Source: the human T2T-CHM13v2.0 reference genome, Homo sapiens
Reading direction: 5' to 3' (one strand)
Length of the DNA stretch: 64,000 bases
Assembly: GCF_009914755.1 (NCBI RefSeq)
Contig: NC_060936.1
Position numbers and translations under genes: made by a program. Shown one piece after another: positions 58,766 through 64,000 of this stretch (the stretch's first letter is position 1; each line of letters starts with the position of its first letter). The notes under the pieces were generated by a model, which did no database searches, was not told the DNA's origin, and saw only the letters and a list, made by a program, of their open reading frames with translations.

Positions 58766-59042
58766 GTTTACTACCATTTATATTTTCCACCTTCACTGTT
58801 TATGAATAGTATTTATCTTAGTTTCCCTATATGAACCCAAGTCAAACTGATACTGCTTTTAGAACTGATAAAATATGGATGCAGAAAAACTCCTGATTAT
58901 TAAACAAACTATCATGTGGTTATGCATCGATTTACACTGTCCAGGCTAAACAGGCCTCTTTCTCAGCATGTTTACTACCATTTATATTTTCCACCTTCAC
59001 TGCTTTTGAATAGTATTTATCTTAGTTTCCCTATATGAACCC
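58766..59042 (+). repeat. A-B-A array (204-bp period), copy of 59709-59911
   Basis: A (58767-58838) and A' (58971-59042) match A'' (59841-59911); B (58839-58970) matches B' (59709-59840) with 2 mismatches. Confidence 0.95.
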
Positions 59043-59708
59043 TTTATTTTTCATGAATATGGGAAGTATAAAATAGTTACAACACCAAAGTTGAGGTTTT
59101 TCTAAATACAAATTAGACATTCCTAAATAACATTTCTCTTCACTGTGCCATAACGTACATCATTAAATATAAAAGTTTTGCTAATACAAAGTGAAAGTTA
59201 ATACTGCCAAACTCCAGAGAAACAAAGGTCAGTTGCTGTGGGAACCAACCTTTGGACCTCTTGACCTTTGCATGTGTTGCATTAATGTGGATATTTGCAT
59301 TGGATCTACTCCAAAATATAAATCAGGTATTCACTAATACAGTTATAAATGCAGATTAGCAGCAAAGAGACAGTGCTACATTTGGGGAGCACAAAGACAA
59401 ACAGTAAAGACAATTGTTTAAAAATAGATATAGTATCTTTAAAACATTTCTCTCAGTGTCATGCAGTCATCTGTCACTTAACCTGAAGTCCTGGTGATAT
59501 TCATACATGAACACAATTATCCCATTATACTTAATGTTCTTGTTAACAAAAGAGTGATAGTGTGGTAAACAGAATTCCCTGGTTTATTAAAGGATAATTA
59601 TTGCCCACATGGTTCTTGTAATTTTCAACTCAAAGCTCAAAGCTAAAACAATCTTAAATTCTTTTGAATATTTAAAGGAATTTGTCTCTTAGCCATATCC
59701 TGCATTTG

Positions 59709-59911
59709 AAGTCAAACTGATACTGCTTTTAGAACTGATAAAATATGGATGCAGAAAAACTCCTGATTATTAAACAAACTATCATGTGGTTATGTATCGA
59801 TTTACATTGTCCAGGCTAAACAGGCCTCTTTCTCAGCATGTTTACTACCATTTATATTTTCCACCTTCATTGTTTTTGAATAGTATTTATCTCATTTTCC
59901 TATATGAACCC
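59709..59911 (+). repeat. B-A unit (putative donor of the local duplication)
   Basis: Near-identical to 58839-59042, offset by 870 bp. Confidence 0.95.
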
Positions 59912-62255
59912 AAAGAACACAGACAGAGCAAAATTGAAGTTCCATTCCATTTTTACATAAGCCAAGGGCGTTATGTACTTTCAGGGTCTGGTACCTAGCA
60001 GTGAGCCAATAAACATGCATGGATAGAAGCACGGATGGATGTATGGATGTCCAGAAGGACTATGAGGAGAGTAAGCTATGAAATGTAGTCAGACAATAAA
60101 AATAGAATCATAAATATATGTTTTATATCAGTTGAGAAAAATGAGACATAGCCAAGATTTTAAACAATCTGCTACCCTTCCTAAAACTACAAGTAGGTGA
60201 CAAATGTCTTAATTCCATGGTTTTTCTTAAAGAAAAACCTATTTCTTCTACATCCTTTCACCATCCATAAAGCATACACTACCCCTCCCCTAATCTACCG
60301 ACTCACACACTAAAAAAGTGAAACAGTTCTCCCAAGTATTAACTCAATGATACTCCAGGCTCTTATGGCTAAGTTTAAAAACTGATACCTGAGATTTACT
60401 CAAAGTTTCCAAAGCAAGCACAAATACAGTGTGGTAAAGAGTTGGAGAGAACAGTTCACAAAGACCCATGTTCCCAAGAATAACGTCCATGCTTACTTCA
60501 GAAGACCTTAACAGTTCAGATGTTTGGCAATTCACACCTGTAAATCATAAACTGGGGCAATCTCTTCAGAGAGTGAACGTTTTAGAGGCTGGAAATATGT
60601 CATTCTCATCTTCGTATCACAGGAGTCCATGCCACACAGCTAAATAGTAGGTACTCAATATATGTGTTTACTGGATGAACGAGTGAATGAAAAAATGAAG
60701 GCATCCATGCCTAGGTACCCTAGTAAGAAGTAAAATATAACCAGTAATCTAGTATCCTAAAGATACGTGTCAGAAAACAGATTATACCAACTCTTCAAAT
60801 ATTTGGTTATATACAGAAGTTAGCACCCCCAAAAACAGATTGCCCTGTAAATAAGGATTTCATGAAACTACAAATCCATCAAGCAATTAGTGAGAGAGAA
60901 GACAGAGGAGAATGAGAGAGAGAAATGAGAGGGAAGGGAGGAGGAGAGGATGTAAAGGGAGGGGAGAAAAGGAATACAACTACCAAAGGGTGATGGGTCA
61001 GCAGGATGGTACCTAAAATCTATGCTCATCGATGAGGCAATGGAAAGCCAGTTCTTTATTTTTGTTTCATTTCTTTATTTTATTTAAAGCCTAAAACTTA
61101 GCCAAAGCTAAGTATGAGGTTCACAAGGAAAGTAATGGCTCTGGGGTTGAGAGTTAATAAAATTCTGGAATGAAAAAAATTAGCAATGGCAGTCAAAAGC
61201 ACAAATTAAGCCAAGATCTAATTATATTACACTTTCATGAATGTAAAAAACATTACGAAATATTTAATAATCTACCAAACTCCACACTTTTCATCCACCC
61301 AGGGATTCCATAGATTGCATACAATTATCTCTTCAGTTAAATACACAGCACTTGGCAAGCACTTAGATTCATGTTCACATCATTGTTCCTGATATTACTA
61401 GGCCACTTCAAGTGCTTGAAGCTCTTCCCTTGCCATTCTCTGTGCTTAGAGAGTTTTAGGTTATAAGGATTTCAATCTGCTTGTTTTAATCAGTAGTTCT
61501 GCACTATTTGCCTGTACCTTACATGTGAGCCTTTTGGCAGATGATTTATTTGATTTACTTTATTCTTATCTTGCCAACACTTCTAAAATTGAATAAAGGA
61601 AAAAAGAAGAGGGCTCAGCAGGCACTGAACAACATGTCACATTGTCAACCAAATGCTAAATATATATTCTGATTTCTAAGAGACCCTGGAACCTAAATTT
61701 TTAAAAACAGATGTAACTGCTTGCATTATTTATGATGTTTCCTTTCTTTTGCCTGCCATCAAGCTATTTGTGATACAAATAGCAAATGGGGGATATAAAA
61801 GTTATCTGATAACATGATAATCTAGATAATATCTTATCTCTACTGAGGGTCCAGATGATCTCAAAAATGACTGATTTCATGCAATATTACTTTTCTATAT
61901 TATTTGATACATATAAAATAAGTAACATAGGTATATTTAGAAAGCAAAATAATAAGACAAATATGAACCACTACCTACCAAACCCATCACCAATTTAATA
62001 ACAATAACATTACCATTGGTCTTGAAAGACAAACCCCTTGTTATCTGCAGGGGATTCATTTTAGGACCCATGTAGAGTGGATGTGCAAATCCTTGAGACA
62101 AAATGATGCTGACTGTACATCCTTAATGAATGTATTATTTCAATTTGTTTGGTTTCAGCTTCATAAATATGACATTATACTATGTGCAATTTCCTGAAAC
62201 TTGCTTTTTTCACTCAACATTTTACAGGATATATCTGTAGGTTCCGCAACCATGA

Positions 62256-62636
62256 TATAGTAGTCCATTTTCACACTGCTATAAAGAACTGCCCAAGACT
62301 GAGTAATTTATAAAAAAAAAGAAGTTTAATTGACTCACAGTGCAGCATGGCTTGGGAAGCCTCAGGAAACTTACTATCATAGCAGAAGGGGAAGCAGGCA
62401 TGTCTTACATGGCAGCAGGTGAGAGAGAGAGGAATGAGTGTGAAGGAGGAACTGTCCAACACTTATAAAATCATCAGATCTCATGAGAACTCACTCACTA
62501 TCACAAGAACAGCATAGGGTAAACTTTCCCCATGATCCAATCACCTCCCACCTGGTCCCTCCCTTGACACATGGGGAATATGGGGATTACAATTTGAGAT
62601 GAAATTTGGGTAGGGACACAGAGCCAAACCATAGCA
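62256..62636 (-). mobile_element. THE1D-like 3' LTR
   Basis: tagtccattttcacactgctataaagaac...gggacacagagccaaaccatagca. Confidence 0.92.
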
Positions 62637-64000
62637 TACTGCCCCTGGCCTCTCCCAAGTCTCACATATTTTTTCATTTCAAAACCTATCATGCCTTCCC
62701 AACAGTTTCCCAGAGTCTTAACTCATTTCAGCATTAACCCAAAACTCCAAGTCAAAAGTCTCATCTGAGACAAGGCAAGTCCCTTCCTCGTAGAAGCCTG
62801 TAAAATCAAAAGCAAGTTAGTTACTTCCAAGATACAATGGGGGTGCAGGCATTGGATAAATGCTCTCATTCCAAATGGGAGAAATTGTCCAAAAGCAAGG
62901 GGCTATAGGCCCCAAGCAAGTCCAAAATCCAGCAGGACAGTCATCACATCTTAAAGCTCCAAAACAATCTTCTTCTAACCATGTCTCACATCCAGGTCAC
63001 ACTGATGCAAGAGGTGGGCTCCCATGGCCTTGGGCAGTTCTGACCCCATGGCTTTGCAGGGTACAGCCCCACCCAACCACCACCCCCAGCTGCTTTCACA
63101 GCTGGTGTTGAGTGTCTGCATCTTTTCCAGATGCATGGTGTGGGTTGTCAGTGGATCTACAATTCTGGGCTCTGGAGGACAGTGGCCCTCTTCTCACAGC
63201 TCCACTAGGCAGTGCTCCAGTGGGGACTCTGTGTAGGGGCTCCAACCCCACATTTCCCTTCTGAACTGCCCTAGCAGAGGTTCTCCATGAGGGCTCCACC
63301 CCTGCAGCACACATCTGCCTGGACATCCAGGCATTTCCATACATCCTCCGAAATCTATGCGGAGGTTCCCAAAACTCAATTCTTGACTTCTGTAAACCCA
63401 CAGGACTAACATAATGTGGAAGCCACCAAGGCTTGGGGCTTCCACCCCATGAAGCAACACTCCAAGTGGTACCCTGGCCCCTTTTAGCCACAGCTGAGAC
63501 TGAAATAGCTGGAATGCAAGGCACAGAGCAGAGGGACCCTGGGCCCTGCCCATGAAGCCATTTTTTCCTCCTAGCCCTACAGGCCAGTGATGGGAGGGCC
63601 TGCAGGGAAGGTCTCTGACATGCCCTGGAGTCATGTTCCCCATTGACTTGATGATTAACATTCAGCTCCTCATTACTTATGTAAATTTCTGTAGGTGGCT
63701 TGAATTTCTCCCTAGAAAATGGGTTTTTCTTTTCTATTACATCATCAGGCTGCAACTTTTCCAAACGTTTTATGCTCTCTGCTCCCCTTTTTCCAAACGT
63801 TTTATGCTCTGCTTCCCTTTTAAACATAAGTTCTAATTTGAGGTCATCTCATTCAAGTTCAAAGTTCCACAGATCTCTAGGGCAGGGGCAAAATGGCACC
63901 AGTCTCTTTGCTAAAGCATAGCAAGAGTCACCTTTACTCCAGTTCCCAAGAAATTCTTCATCTCCATCTGAGACCACCTTAGCCTGGACTTCATTGTCCA
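62637..64000 (-). mobile_element. THE1 internal region (ERVL-MaLR), continuing beyond the window
   Basis: Canonical THE1-int motifs (aaagtctcatctgagacaaggcaagtccc, gtcagtggatctacaattctgg) and a remnant MaLR ORF at 63096-63827. Confidence 0.92.

Noticed and set aside
58766-59911. CRISPR-like or LTR-like reading of the repeated 72-bp A unit
   Set aside because: Eukaryotic context, the intervening B segment is itself duplicated, and there are no TG..CA termini, PBS or cas genes.

Overview
AT-rich, CpG-poor primate (most likely human) genomic DNA lying within the large neuronal gene TAFA2 (FAM19A2), which is transcribed on the minus strand. The only real coding exon is the first coding exon of TAFA2 (32190-32296, [35 protein letters not shown], signal-peptide region); the rest is intron. 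The window also holds a full-length processed KRT8 pseudogene (about 44125-45902, + strand, antisense to TAFA2) and dense interspersed repeats (Alu, L1PA/L1M, HAL1, L2, L3, MIR, THE1/MLT1/LTR16, Tigger, MER). I find no new multi-gene protein system. The unusual signals are records of DNA and RNA mobility: (1) a circularly permuted 204-bp local templated insertion (A-B-A copied from a B-A donor 870 bp away) resembling rolling-circle or microDNA re-integration; (2) a 3'UTR-only retrocopy with a poly(A) tail near 13.2-13.6 kb; (3) a tailless, TSD-flanked AluY; (4) a twin-primed L1 of only about 65 bp; (5) an L1 3' end carrying a short 3' transduction; (6) a possible L1-donated intronic poly(A) site just downstream of the TAFA2 exon. 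Repeat subfamily names come from recalled consensus sequences and need RepeatMasker/Dfam confirmation. Boundaries of old repeats are approximate.
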